Below are positions 46,272 to 54,904 of a stretch of DNA of 64,000 bases, in pieces (position 1 is the stretch's first letter; each line of letters begins with the position of its first letter). This DNA is from Synergistaceae bacterium UBA5560 (lineage in GTDB: Bacteria > Synergistota > Synergistia > Synergistales > Aminiphilaceae), in the NCBI GenBank assembly GCA_002425685.1, contig DIMS01000056.1:16511-80510 (forward strand), written 5' to 3'. The position numbers and the translations under genes are program-made. Under the pieces are notes generated by a model that did not search any database, was not told the DNA's origin, and worked only from the letters and a program-made list of their open reading frames with translations.

Positions 46272-46331
46272 AAAAAAGCCGTTCCGGAGGAACGCAGCGG
46301 ACCTCCGGAACGGCTCAGGTGTTTTCTTTCC
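46272..46331. terminator. Strong bidirectional intrinsic terminator (14-bp stem AGCCGTTCCGGAGG/CCTCCGGAACGGCT)
   Basis: A6 precedes it and U-rich sequence follows it on the plus strand. Read on the minus strand it is a hairpin followed by UUUUUU. It terminates the Isf gene on the minus strand. Confidence 0.65.
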
Positions 46332-46352
46332 TGTTTCGCAATACCGCCTTTG

Positions 46353-47123
46353 TCAGGAACGAGTTTGGTCCGGGCCCAGGGCCTCCTCGGCGGAAGGCGG
46401 GGTTTCTCCCGGAACGTTCCAATGAGCGTTTCCCATGAGGACGAAGGATTCAACGGGGATGAGCGGGCGACGCAGAATCTCCGCCGTCTCCGGAGAGAGG
46501 CCGAGGGACGTGACGATCTCGGCCCCGGCGGTCCGAACGGCATCGAAGTACCAGGAAAGGGTTTCCCGCATCTCCGGAACATGGAGCAGTTCTCCGGTGG
46601 TGCAGAGAAGCGAGCCCAGGAAGCGCTCGTCGTCGCCGTTCGCGAGGAGTTCGAACTCCCGCACCAGGGCGTCGAAATGATGCCGTTCGGGAAAACCGCA
46701 GTTGGAAAGAAGAAAGTTCCGTGTCGTGTGCTCGGGATAGCGAGGGGGGTGGGTATAATGCTCCCCTTTTCGGACAAACCAGGGTTTGGCCAGAGGAAGG
46801 GTTCGCTCGAGAATATGTTTCAGGCGGGCCGTCATGCCGTAGTGATAGAGCGGTGTCGCCCAGATCGTCAGGTCCGACGCCAGTATTTTCTCGAGGACCC
46901 GGGGCATGTCGTCCTTGTGGACGCAGACACCGGGTGTCTTGGTCCAGCAGGCGAAGCACCCCAGGCAGTCCCGGATCTCCAGATCCGTCGCGTAGAGCGT
47001 CTCCGACGATGCCCCCTGCGTTGCGGCGCCTTCCAGAAAAGCCTTGAGGAGGATGTCGGTATTGCTCTTCCGCCCCCGGGGGCTTCCGTTCAGGGCAAGG
47101 ATGCGAAAGGGTTTGTCCGTCAT
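46353..47123 (-). CDS. Iron-sulfur flavoprotein (Isf) / NADPH-dependent FMN reductase-like flavodoxin-fold protein
   Basis: 256 aa. Flavodoxin-like N-terminus (ILALNGSPRG). Compact Cys motif CLGCFACWTKTPGVC, as in the Isf family. Confidence 0.7.
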   Translation of the reverse strand: MTDKPFRILALNGSPRGRKSNTDILLKAFLEGAATQGASSETLYATDLEIRDCLGCFACWTKTPGVCVHKDDMPRVLEKILASDLTIWATPLYHYGMTARLKHILERTLPLAKPWFVRKGEHYTHPPRYPEHTTRNFLLSNCGFPERHHFDALVREFELLANGDDERFLGSLLCTTGELLHVPEMRETLSWYFDAVRTAGAEIVTSLGLSPETAEILRRPLIPVESFVLMGNAHWNVPGETPPSAEEALGPDQTRS

Positions 47124-47192
47124 TGGAGCATCCGTCCTTTCTCTACTCGCCAGAGAAGAAATTTTTGCGCGGAAGTGCTTTCCGTGCTCCGT

Positions 47193-47978
47193 TCACTCAC
47201 TGATGAGAGAGCCGCAGAACTCGCACTCCCGGGGATGTCCCGGGGTGACGATGTTGTTGGCGCCACAGCTCCGGCAGGTGACGAGCCGCGGAACCGGCGG
47301 GGGCGCGGAGAGCTCCGTTCGTTGTTGCACGCCTCCGCGGTCCATGAAAGGGGCGTCGTCTCGTGTCCTCTCCTGCGTTCCGCTTTCTTCTGTCCTGTCG
47401 CCCTGTCCTCGTCGCTGCAGATCGGCCTCCATGGCGAGATGGCGTTCCACCGCGGGAACCACCACGCGCTTCGCTCCCTCGTTCAGATAGGCGTCGGGAA
47501 GATAGCCCGTGCGGATCAGGAAGCCGACCTCCGAGGCGACCTTTTCGGGGCGCTTGGAGACGATGCGGGCGATCTCGTCGATCTCGAAGAAACGTTTGTT
47601 CACGATCACGTCCAGATATTCCCGCACCATCTTCCCCCGGTAGACGAGCTTGTTGCCGAAACGCCAGAGGATGAAGCCGAGAAGCGTGAAGGTGATCGCC
47701 AGGCCGACCACGAACTCCCCTTCGCGTCCGAGCGTGTCCCCGTAGAGGTTCTGCTGTTCCTGGTAATAGCCGTACCCACCGATGGCGAAGATCAGCATGA
47801 TGACGATTCCCACGACTTTGAGGATGCGTCCCGTGGAGATGCTCGCATGACGGTCCCGGGCGAGGCGCATCACGAGGAGCAGCACGCCGAGAGGCCAGAA
47901 AATCATGGACACGACGATGAAAGGCCAGGAAAGATACCAGGGAACCTGAAGTCGTTTTGTGTACTCGGAAGAAGGCAT
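47193..47978 (-). CDS. Membrane protein with C-terminal zinc ribbon (function unknown)
   Basis: 261 aa. Three or four TM helices, a cytoplasmic domain and a C-terminal CRSCG...CEFCG ribbon. RBS GAGGAGGAG. Confidence 0.55.
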   Translation of the reverse strand: MPSSEYTKRLQVPWYLSWPFIVVSMIFWPLGVLLLVMRLARDRHASISTGRILKVVGIVIMLIFAIGGYGYYQEQQNLYGDTLGREGEFVVGLAITFTLLGFILWRFGNKLVYRGKMVREYLDVIVNKRFFEIDEIARIVSKRPEKVASEVGFLIRTGYLPDAYLNEGAKRVVVPAVERHLAMEADLQRRGQGDRTEESGTQERTRDDAPFMDRGGVQQRTELSAPPPVPRLVTCRSCGANNIVTPGHPRECEFCGSLISE

Positions 47979-48112
47979 GGGCGTATCTCTCCTCCTCGGA
48001 AGGCTCTGTGCGGGAGCGCTGACGCGCTCGACCGGGAATGTTTTCTTCGGGCTGGCGCTGCGGCGGTCGGGCGGTGAGAGAATTCAGGTCCGTCTCGCCG
48101 CGGTACGTTGTC

Positions 48113-48838
48113 TCACTTGAGACGGAGAAGACGGGCGTTGCGCTCTTTGAGAAGGCGCTCCGCCTCGGAGAGCAACCGCTCCCCTTCCTGTGGCTCGCCG
48201 CCCCCGCCGGAAGAGCCTGCACCCAACTGGCGCAGCGTCTCCAGAAGGTTCGCGAGGCGCTCCTCCTCCGCTGTCAGAGAGGGATGGCTCATGGGATCGC
48301 TGTAGCGGAGCGCTTCCGAAAGGGAGCGGAGACGTGTGGCGAAGGAGCCGGTCTCTCCGCCTCGGGAAAAGGCTTCGGCGGCCTGGTCCGCCTTTGTCGC
48401 GAGGTCCGCGAGGTGCAGGCGGCTGCGGCGCGCTTCTTCGTCGTTGCGGCCCGTGGAGAGGACCACCATGGAAAGAAAGCCTCCGAGGACGAGGAAGAGC
48501 ACGGCGCCCCCCACGTGGAGCGCCACGTAGGCCGGTACGGAGAGCGTCCAGCTGCGGGTGACGAGGACTGCGGCGAGGACGAAGAGATCGTAGAAACAGA
48601 TCATGGTGCCGAGAGAGAAGAGAGACGGCAACGGTGCGACCCGCTCGTCCCCCGCGATCACCTGGAGAATCCCGTAGCCGAAGGAGAGGACGGTACAGAA
48701 GGCGAGCGTGCCGAAGGAGATCCAGAAATGCGTGTTCCGCATCTCCGGAGAGGTGAGCAGAAACGTCACCACCGTCGCTCCCGCCACGGCGATGCCCAGG
48801 AGAAACAGAAGGATCAGGCTGAACGTGAGCTTTCTCAT
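48113..48838 (-). CDS. Membrane protein (4 TM plus cytoplasmic coiled-coil tail), function unknown
   Basis: 241 aa. RBS AAGGAAGGAAG. It lies between the SPFH gene and the zinc-ribbon membrane protein. Confidence 0.5.
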   Translation of the reverse strand: MRKLTFSLILLFLLGIAVAGATVVTFLLTSPEMRNTHFWISFGTLAFCTVLSFGYGILQVIAGDERVAPLPSLFSLGTMICFYDLFVLAAVLVTRSWTLSVPAYVALHVGGAVLFLVLGGFLSMVVLSTGRNDEEARRSRLHLADLATKADQAAEAFSRGGETGSFATRLRSLSEALRYSDPMSHPSLTAEEERLANLLETLRQLGAGSSGGGGEPQEGERLLSEAERLLKERNARLLRLK

Positions 48839-48866
48839 GGCGCGTCTTCCTTCCTTGAGGAGTTTC

Positions 48867-50276
48867 TCACGAAGCTGTTCCGGAGGACTCGTCCGACGGG
48901 CCGGCCATTCGGGCGCCGCACTCGGGACAGAAGCGCGTTTCCGGCGCGACCTCCTTGCCGCATCCCGGACAGAAGCGTTTCGACGGTGTCGCCGCGCTCT
49001 TCGCCTCGTCGCCGTCCACGGCGGTTCCGCAGGAGGGGCAGAACTTCATGGCCCGCGTGACGGGTTCGCCGCACTTGGTGCAGGGAAAGGGGAGCGGTGC
49101 GGCGCACTGCATGCACGCCGTGGCCCGCTCGGGGTTGTCCGCGCCGCATTTGGGGCAGGGACGGTAGGGGTCGCCGCAGGAGGGGCAGAAGCGCGATCCC
49201 TTGGGAAGCGGATTGCCGCATTTGTTGCACAGAGGAACCTCGGAGGGAGTTTCGGGCGCCTTGCGCGGAGGTTCTTCCCCGCGGAGAATGTTGGCCCCGC
49301 AGGTGAGGCAGAATTGGGCGCCCGGGGGGTTGTGCGTGCGGCAGCGGGCGCAGAAGACCGAACCGCCTCCGGTCTGGAGCTGTCCTGCCATCTGTCCCGC
49401 CGCGGCGCCGAAAGCGCCGCCGAGTCCGAAGCCAAGCCCGGCTCCGAGTCCGGCCCCGAGGAGCCCCGAACCGCTTCCTTCGTTTCCTGCGGCGGTCTGG
49501 AGCGTGTCAAAGGTCCGCATCTGCTGGTAGGTGTACCCCATGATCTCCATCTTGGCTCGCTCCGCCAGGGCTTTCTTGAGTTCCTGCACGGCGGGATCCT
49601 CTTCCGGCACGTTGATGGAGTTCACGAAAAAGTTCACCGCTTCGATGCCGTAGTCGGCGAAAATTCCGCCGACGCGCTGTTTCATGTGTTCGGAGATCTC
49701 GTCGAGATAGGCGTTCACCTGGAGAATGCTGATGTCCTTCTTGATCAGGTAGGTGGAGATCAGATCCTTCACTTTGGTGAGGAGCACTCCGCGGAAGAAG
49801 CGCTGGAGAGTGCTCTTGTCGAAGGAGGAAACGGCGCCGACGAGTTTCACCAGAAACTTGCGGGAGTCCTCGATGCGCACGCCGAATTGCCCGTGGGACC
49901 GCACGGGAATGAAGATACGGTATGAAGGATCCTGCAATTGGATGGGATCGGAGGTTCCCCATTTCACGTCCAGAGAGTGCACCTTGTTGATGAACCACAC
50001 TTCAGCCTTGAAGGGGGACTCGCCGCCGAAGGGAAGATTGATGAGCCTGTTCAGCAGAGGAATGTTGTTCGTGCTGAGCGTATGACGTCCCGGACCGTAG
50101 AGGTCGAGGGCCTGACCGTTCTTGAACAGAATCGCCTCCTGTGCCTCGCGGACGACGAGCTGGGTCCATGTACCCAGTTCATCGCTCCGGGAGGGATCGG
50201 CGGCATTCGCATATTTCCACGCGAAAACTTCGTGCGGATCCGGTCCGAGATATTCCACGACCTCCACAATGGCCAT
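48867..50276 (-). CDS. SPFH (band 7/stomatin-like) domain protein with Gly-rich linker and six C-terminal zinc-ribbon repeats
   Basis: 469 aa. The N-terminal 300 aa are SPFH-like. A GLGAGLGFGLGGAFG linker follows. Then come six CxxC...CxxC ribbons (CARC...CLTC, CNKC...CPSC, CPKC...CMQC, CTKC...CPSC, CPGC...CPEC). Confidence 0.7.
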   Translation of the reverse strand: MAIVEVVEYLGPDPHEVFAWKYANAADPSRSDELGTWTQLVVREAQEAILFKNGQALDLYGPGRHTLSTNNIPLLNRLINLPFGGESPFKAEVWFINKVHSLDVKWGTSDPIQLQDPSYRIFIPVRSHGQFGVRIEDSRKFLVKLVGAVSSFDKSTLQRFFRGVLLTKVKDLISTYLIKKDISILQVNAYLDEISEHMKQRVGGIFADYGIEAVNFFVNSINVPEEDPAVQELKKALAERAKMEIMGYTYQQMRTFDTLQTAAGNEGSGSGLLGAGLGAGLGFGLGGAFGAAAGQMAGQLQTGGGSVFCARCRTHNPPGAQFCLTCGANILRGEEPPRKAPETPSEVPLCNKCGNPLPKGSRFCPSCGDPYRPCPKCGADNPERATACMQCAAPLPFPCTKCGEPVTRAMKFCPSCGTAVDGDEAKSAATPSKRFCPGCGKEVAPETRFCPECGARMAGPSDESSGTAS

Positions 50277-50364
50277 GGGGCGGACACTCCTTTCCTGTGC
50301 GTCGCGTCGGGCTCTTCTTCCGCTCCCGAATTCGGGGGCGGAGCAGTGTTTTTCGCAAGCGCTC

Positions 50365-52035
50365 TCAGTTTCTTCGGATGCTCTTCCGCCTGTACGCCAG
50401 GGTTCCCAGAGGAATCAGGAGCAGCACCCATCCTGCAGGAATGAAGCCCAGGGAACAGCCGCCGCCCTCGCCGTCCCCGCTTCCCGTCGGAACGGGAGGA
50501 GGCAGGCCGCCGCTTGAAAGGGCCAGGCAGAGCGGATCCAGGAGGAGGCCGTCGTAGGCGCCGTCATAGATGATCAGATAGCCGATGCCTCCGTCGTCGA
50601 GAGCGACCACCGCTTCGTCGGGAGAATCCACGAGGAGGAGGCGGAAGGTTACGGTGAACCGCCCCGTGGTGGCGTCGTAACCCGCCTCGAAAAAGTTTCG
50701 CCAGGAATTTCCCGCCAGATTCACGAGGTTCACCGCGCCCTCCTCGAAATGTTTGAAGAGATGGATCTTTTCGAAGATGGCCGTGGTCTGGTCCTGGACG
50801 GTCTCCATGGAGGCCTCGAAGTCTGCGATGGTGGCCGCGTCCCAGACGGTGAGAAGATCCGCGCTGGAGAACTCCCAGGAGACCAGGAAGGGCAATCCGG
50901 GGTATTTTCCGGGCGGGATAGTCTGGTCCACGCTGATGGAGAACTGGAACGCCTTGAAGACGTTCCTCACGGAGGGTACATAAAGAGGGTGAACCTCCTC
51001 GAAGGCCACCGGGCCGATTTTCGTGAGGAGCACCACCTCGTCCAGCCCCTGGGGCATATCCGTGCTGATGGCCTGGAGCGTCGCGCTGCCCATGGCCAAG
51101 GGGGTGAAGAGGGGCGTGTAGGGGACGACGTCGAGAGAGATGTCGTAGGTGACGTCCAGGCGGTATCCTCCGACTCCCGTGAGGTGCAGGTCCGGTGAGA
51201 CGGTCATGCCGACAAAGCGGAAGGACCTGAGAAGTGCCCCGAATCCGGGGAAAATGTGGGGAACGTCGGCGCTCGCTTCACCGAAGAGGTAGCGGTTCCG
51301 GACGAGCTCGCTTCCCTCCACGTTCACCGTGTTGGTTCCCCAGTTTCTCAGACGAACCCAGAGACGGTCGTTGGGTGCCGCCAATACCCGGAGCGGAATG
51401 GCCTGATCCGCAGGGTCGAAGGTGTAGGTGCGGAATCGGGAGGGCTCGACGTTGCCCACGGCGAAGCCCACCTCGAAAAGATCAGGACGCCGGAGGAGCG
51501 TCATGACAAAGGGAAGTCGTGCCGCATCCGTGTCGGGAGAGACCGTGTCGGAGGAGACGGCGAGAAAGGCGGGAAAGGTACCGTAGGAACGAGCGCCGAA
51601 ATCCCAGGTGAGTGTGGCCTCCTTGCGGACATCGCCGGAGACGAAGGAGAGGGAATGGGCCGTGATGCCCGTTCCGCCGAGGGTCACATCCAGGGAGCGG
51701 GCCGGATCCTCGTGGGAGACCGGAAGAGCCAGGGTGCCCTTGGGAAGCACCGTGCGCACGAGGAACGGGTCGAGCTGGGATCCGGCGCAGCGGGTGTTTC
51801 CGAAGACGACGAGGGGTGCCTCCGAGGCGACGGTGACGGAAAAGGATTCTGTCTGGGAGGCCCCGCCGTCGAAGACTTCTCCCAGGGCGAAGAGGTCCGT
51901 GTTGCTCTCCAGAGGAAAGGGCGGCAGTTGTGAGATGGAGAAGGCTCCCCCCACGGCGGCTGCCGCGAGGAGACAGAACGCAGGAAGAAGAAAGACGCGG
52001 AAAAATGTGGTCGCCTTTTTCACGACGAACACCAT
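50365..52035 (-). CDS. Secreted cell-surface protein with a C-terminal tripartite sorting signal (GGCS motif / TM helix / RRKSIRR)
   Basis: ORF 50365-52110 trimmed to the ATG at 52035 (signal peptide MVFVVKKATTFFRVFLLPAFCLLAAAAVGGA). The C-terminus is ...GSGDGEGGGCSLGFIPAGWVLLLIPLGTLAYRRKSIRRN. Confidence 0.6.
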   Translation of the reverse strand: MVFVVKKATTFFRVFLLPAFCLLAAAAVGGAFSISQLPPFPLESNTDLFALGEVFDGGASQTESFSVTVASEAPLVVFGNTRCAGSQLDPFLVRTVLPKGTLALPVSHEDPARSLDVTLGGTGITAHSLSFVSGDVRKEATLTWDFGARSYGTFPAFLAVSSDTVSPDTDAARLPFVMTLLRRPDLFEVGFAVGNVEPSRFRTYTFDPADQAIPLRVLAAPNDRLWVRLRNWGTNTVNVEGSELVRNRYLFGEASADVPHIFPGFGALLRSFRFVGMTVSPDLHLTGVGGYRLDVTYDISLDVVPYTPLFTPLAMGSATLQAISTDMPQGLDEVVLLTKIGPVAFEEVHPLYVPSVRNVFKAFQFSISVDQTIPPGKYPGLPFLVSWEFSSADLLTVWDAATIADFEASMETVQDQTTAIFEKIHLFKHFEEGAVNLVNLAGNSWRNFFEAGYDATTGRFTVTFRLLLVDSPDEAVVALDDGGIGYLIIYDGAYDGLLLDPLCLALSSGGLPPPVPTGSGDGEGGGCSLGFIPAGWVLLLIPLGTLAYRRKSIRRN

Positions 52036-52125
52036 CCTTTCACGGGATATAAACCGGCATGGCCTCCAGGAGGCCCGGAGCCTTCCGGCGTGGAACGAAG
52101 AAGACGGCAACGAGTGCTTCGGCCA

Positions 52126-53223
52126 TTATACCGCGTTCGGTTCCTCTTCGAGCACCTCGGTGATGCGAATCTCTTCGCATGCGGCGAGGGGCATCACCAT
52201 GGGAGATGTCAGTTGTCCCATCTCGGGGTGGAACGTCAGGCTCATTCTCGGACGGTGTGGTGCTTCGGCGGGAATGGCCGTGACGAGTCCAACGTGTCCC
52301 GTTGAGAGCCGAAGCCACGTTCCCACGGGGTAGGGGGCCACGACGCGGAAAAAGGCCTCCACCACCCGTGGATCGAAGAGCGAGCCGCTCCCTTCGAGAA
52401 TGAGAGCGTGGGCCTCCCAGGGAGTTCGGCAGGGACGGTAAGGCCTCGGAGAGACGAGGGCGTCGTAGACGTCCGCCACGGCGACGATGCGACTGAGGAG
52501 ATGGATTTCCTCTTCCCTGAGGCCGCCGGGATAGCCGCTTCCATCCCACCGTTCATGGTGCTGCAGCGCCACGATGCGTGCGGTGGGCCAGACAAGGTCA
52601 TGCCCCGCGAGGAGATCCCATCCTCCTCGCGGGTGAAGGTCCACGAGGGAGCGTTCCTCCCTGTCGAGAGGCCCCTTCTTGTCCACGATCTCCGGAGGAA
52701 TGGCGGCCATGCCCAGATCGTGCAGCAGGGCGCCCAGTCCGAGATTGTAGAGCTGCGCGTAGGAAAAGGAAAGCTCTTGTCCGAGCAGCAGACTCGTGGT
52801 GGCCACGAGAGCGCTGTGGGTGAAAATGTACCCGTCGTGTCCACGGAGGGCGAGGAAGCGGAGGACGAGACGGTCGGAGCGGTCGAAGACGTCCTCCAGA
52901 ATGTCCCGAAGGACACTCTGGATCCGCTCCATCCGCTCCGGAGGCAGATGGTTACCCCGTGCGGCCGTGGCGGTGACGAAGAGCTCCTGCAGTTCTTTCA
53001 GGGCACGCCGGAACGTCTCGGGGCGAAGAAGGGGCTCCTCCGCCGCGTCGGGAAAACGCCGATCCCTGATGTACACAAAGGGAACCGCCTGTTTTTTCAG
53101 GAGAGCGATGGTCCGCTCCGTCAGGGTCAGATCCTCCCGGAGCAGCAGGGCTCCCGTGGAGGAGAGTATGGGCAGGGCAAGGAGCATCCCCGCTTCCAGT
53201 GCTTCCGTCCGAACGAGGCGCAT
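52126..53223 (-). CDS. HD-GYP domain phosphodiesterase with N-terminal DUF3391-like domain
   Basis: ORF 52126-54045 trimmed to the ATG at 53223. The upstream extension overlaps cobS in another frame. Motifs HDLGMAAIP ... HHERWDGSGYP. Confidence 0.75.
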   Translation of the reverse strand: MRLVRTEALEAGMLLALPILSSTGALLLREDLTLTERTIALLKKQAVPFVYIRDRRFPDAAEEPLLRPETFRRALKELQELFVTATAARGNHLPPERMERIQSVLRDILEDVFDRSDRLVLRFLALRGHDGYIFTHSALVATTSLLLGQELSFSYAQLYNLGLGALLHDLGMAAIPPEIVDKKGPLDREERSLVDLHPRGGWDLLAGHDLVWPTARIVALQHHERWDGSGYPGGLREEEIHLLSRIVAVADVYDALVSPRPYRPCRTPWEAHALILEGSGSLFDPRVVEAFFRVVAPYPVGTWLRLSTGHVGLVTAIPAEAPHRPRMSLTFHPEMGQLTSPMVMPLAACEEIRITEVLEEEPNAV

Positions 53224-53228
53224 GAGGG

Positions 53229-53996
53229 TCAGCTCCTCACCAGGACCAGGGCGGCGAGAGCCGCCAACTCCCCCGCCACGGCGGCGGCGCCGAGAACGTC
53301 CCCGTTCGTGCCGCCCAGGAGATGCCGGGCGAAACGGCACAGCCCCCAGCCGGCCAGAAAGGCCGCCGTCATGGAGACGAGCCACTGTCGCGGCCCCAGC
53401 GGAAGAAGAAGGGCGGCGCAGAGCAGTCCCCGGAAGAGCTCCACCTTGCCGAAGGGAATCACATAGTCCCGGGCCAGCCCCGTCTCCCAGGGGTAGGTGC
53501 CGAAAAAAGCCGCCCCGAGGAGTGCAAAGCGCCCCGCACAGGCCCCGAGTGCGAGCAGGAGCGGCCACGATCCGGGAGGAAGGGCTTCCGCCAGGGAAGT
53601 CCACAGGCCAAGGGCGACCACCAGAAAAATCGCGCCGTATCCGCCGATGCGGCTGTCTTTCATGACCTTCCGCAGCGCCTCGCCGCGTTTGCCGCTCCCC
53701 CACCCGTCCGCCAGGTCCGTCCAGCCGTCGAGATGGAGCGACCACCCGAGCAGGGCATAGAGTGCCAGCGCTCCCCACGCAGCGGCCCGGGGAGGCATGC
53801 CGAGAGCGCAAAGGGTGCCTCCTCCGCCGGCGAGTCCTCCCAGCAGGGCTCCCACGAGGGGCGCGAACGTGAGGGCCGACGCGGGAGAAACGGGCTGTCG
53901 CGGCCAGAAGCGGGAAGGGATGGGAATTCGGGAGAGAAATCCCAGAAGAAAGATGAATTCGGCGTAGAGGCGCGCCGGAATCGCGGTGGGGATCAT
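53229..53996 (-). CDS. cobS: Adenosylcobinamide-GDP ribazoletransferase (cobalamin synthase)
   Basis: 255-aa polytopic membrane protein with CobS-family sequence. Confidence 0.8.
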   Translation of the reverse strand: MIPTAIPARLYAEFIFLLGFLSRIPIPSRFWPRQPVSPASALTFAPLVGALLGGLAGGGGTLCALGMPPRAAAWGALALYALLGWSLHLDGWTDLADGWGSGKRGEALRKVMKDSRIGGYGAIFLVVALGLWTSLAEALPPGSWPLLLALGACAGRFALLGAAFFGTYPWETGLARDYVIPFGKVELFRGLLCAALLLPLGPRQWLVSMTAAFLAGWGLCRFARHLLGGTNGDVLGAAAVAGELAALAALVLVRS

Positions 53997-54060
53997 GACG
54001 TGAAGATCCTTTCCGTTTCGCCGGGCTCCATTGTGTCCGCAGCACGAGGACGCATCATCG

Positions 54061-54636
54061 TCATAGGTCCGGCATGTCCGGGGGCGTTCCCTTGATCCAT
54101 TGCGGAATGCCCGCGACCACGAAGGCCACCGCGTCTGCCCTTGCCGCAGCGACCTGGTTCGCCCGTCCCTGAAGATCGACGAAACGCCGTCCGAGGCGGT
54201 ACGGAGGAATGGGAGCGTGCCCCACCTCGTTGCTCACCACGAGAAAGTGGGCGCTCCGGGCGGGCGCGTCGAGCAGGTGCTCCAGGAGGTCCAGGATCCG
54301 CTTTTCCGCCGCGTTCCATGCGACAGGGTCCTCTCCATCGGCGGAGGGTTCCGCCAGAAGAAGCCTGGAGAGCCAGAGGGTAAGACAATCCAGCAGAAGA
54401 ATGCCCCGGATGCCCCGGATTTTTTCGGGGATCTTCTCCGGTGTGCCTTCCAGGGTGTGCCATGTCTCGGGCCGTGCGGCCCGGTGCAGGGCGATGCGGG
54501 CCGCCATCTCCGTGTCTTTGACGTCCGCTGTGGCTACGTACGTGACGGTGCTGCCGCCGAGGCGCTCCGCCGTCATCTGGGCGAGACGGCTTTTACCGCT
54601 CCGCATACCGCCGAGAAACAGGGTCAGGGATGACAT
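54061..54636 (-). CDS. cobU: Adenosylcobinamide kinase / adenosylcobinamide-phosphate guanylyltransferase
   Basis: 191 aa. P-loop GGMRSGKS plus CobU/CobP-family sequence. Confidence 0.8.
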   Translation of the reverse strand: MSSLTLFLGGMRSGKSRLAQMTAERLGGSTVTYVATADVKDTEMAARIALHRAARPETWHTLEGTPEKIPEKIRGIRGILLLDCLTLWLSRLLLAEPSADGEDPVAWNAAEKRILDLLEHLLDAPARSAHFLVVSNEVGHAPIPPYRLGRRFVDLQGRANQVAAARADAVAFVVAGIPQWIKGTPPDMPDL

Positions 54637-54904
54637 GTCTCTTCTCCTTCGTCTCCTTCTCTCTCTTGCTCTACTCTTTGCGAGGGTAACGCCCGATGTC
54701 GTTCGTGGCAGAGCTTTCTCGGGTTTGTGCTGTATGCATCAAGGTGTCCGAATTCGAGACAAGTATAGAGCCGGGAGCAGAGAGGGCGCAAGCGCCGTCT
54801 TTTTGCTACGATGGGGTGGTGGCGGAATCCGGTCTCTTTCGCCGGAAAAGGCCCCGCCGGAGGAGCGCTCCCCGGCGACGAATCGGGAGAGGAGTTGGCC
54901 GATC

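Noticed and set aside
50300-50350. Plus-oriented terminator-like hairpin (CCGCTCCCG-aatt-CGGGGGCGG then TGTTTTTCG) between the two minus-strand genes for the surface protein and SPFH
   Set aside because: Its orientation does not fit the flanking minus-strand genes. On the minus strand no U tract follows it. It is possibly an antisense-transcript terminator, but nothing is encoded upstream on the plus strand.
52126-54045. Long N-terminal extension of the HD-GYP ORF back to 54045
   Set aside because: The extension overlaps cobS in a different frame and encodes low-complexity Arg/Gly sequence. The DUF3391-like domain begins at the ATG at 53223, which has a nearby GGAG.
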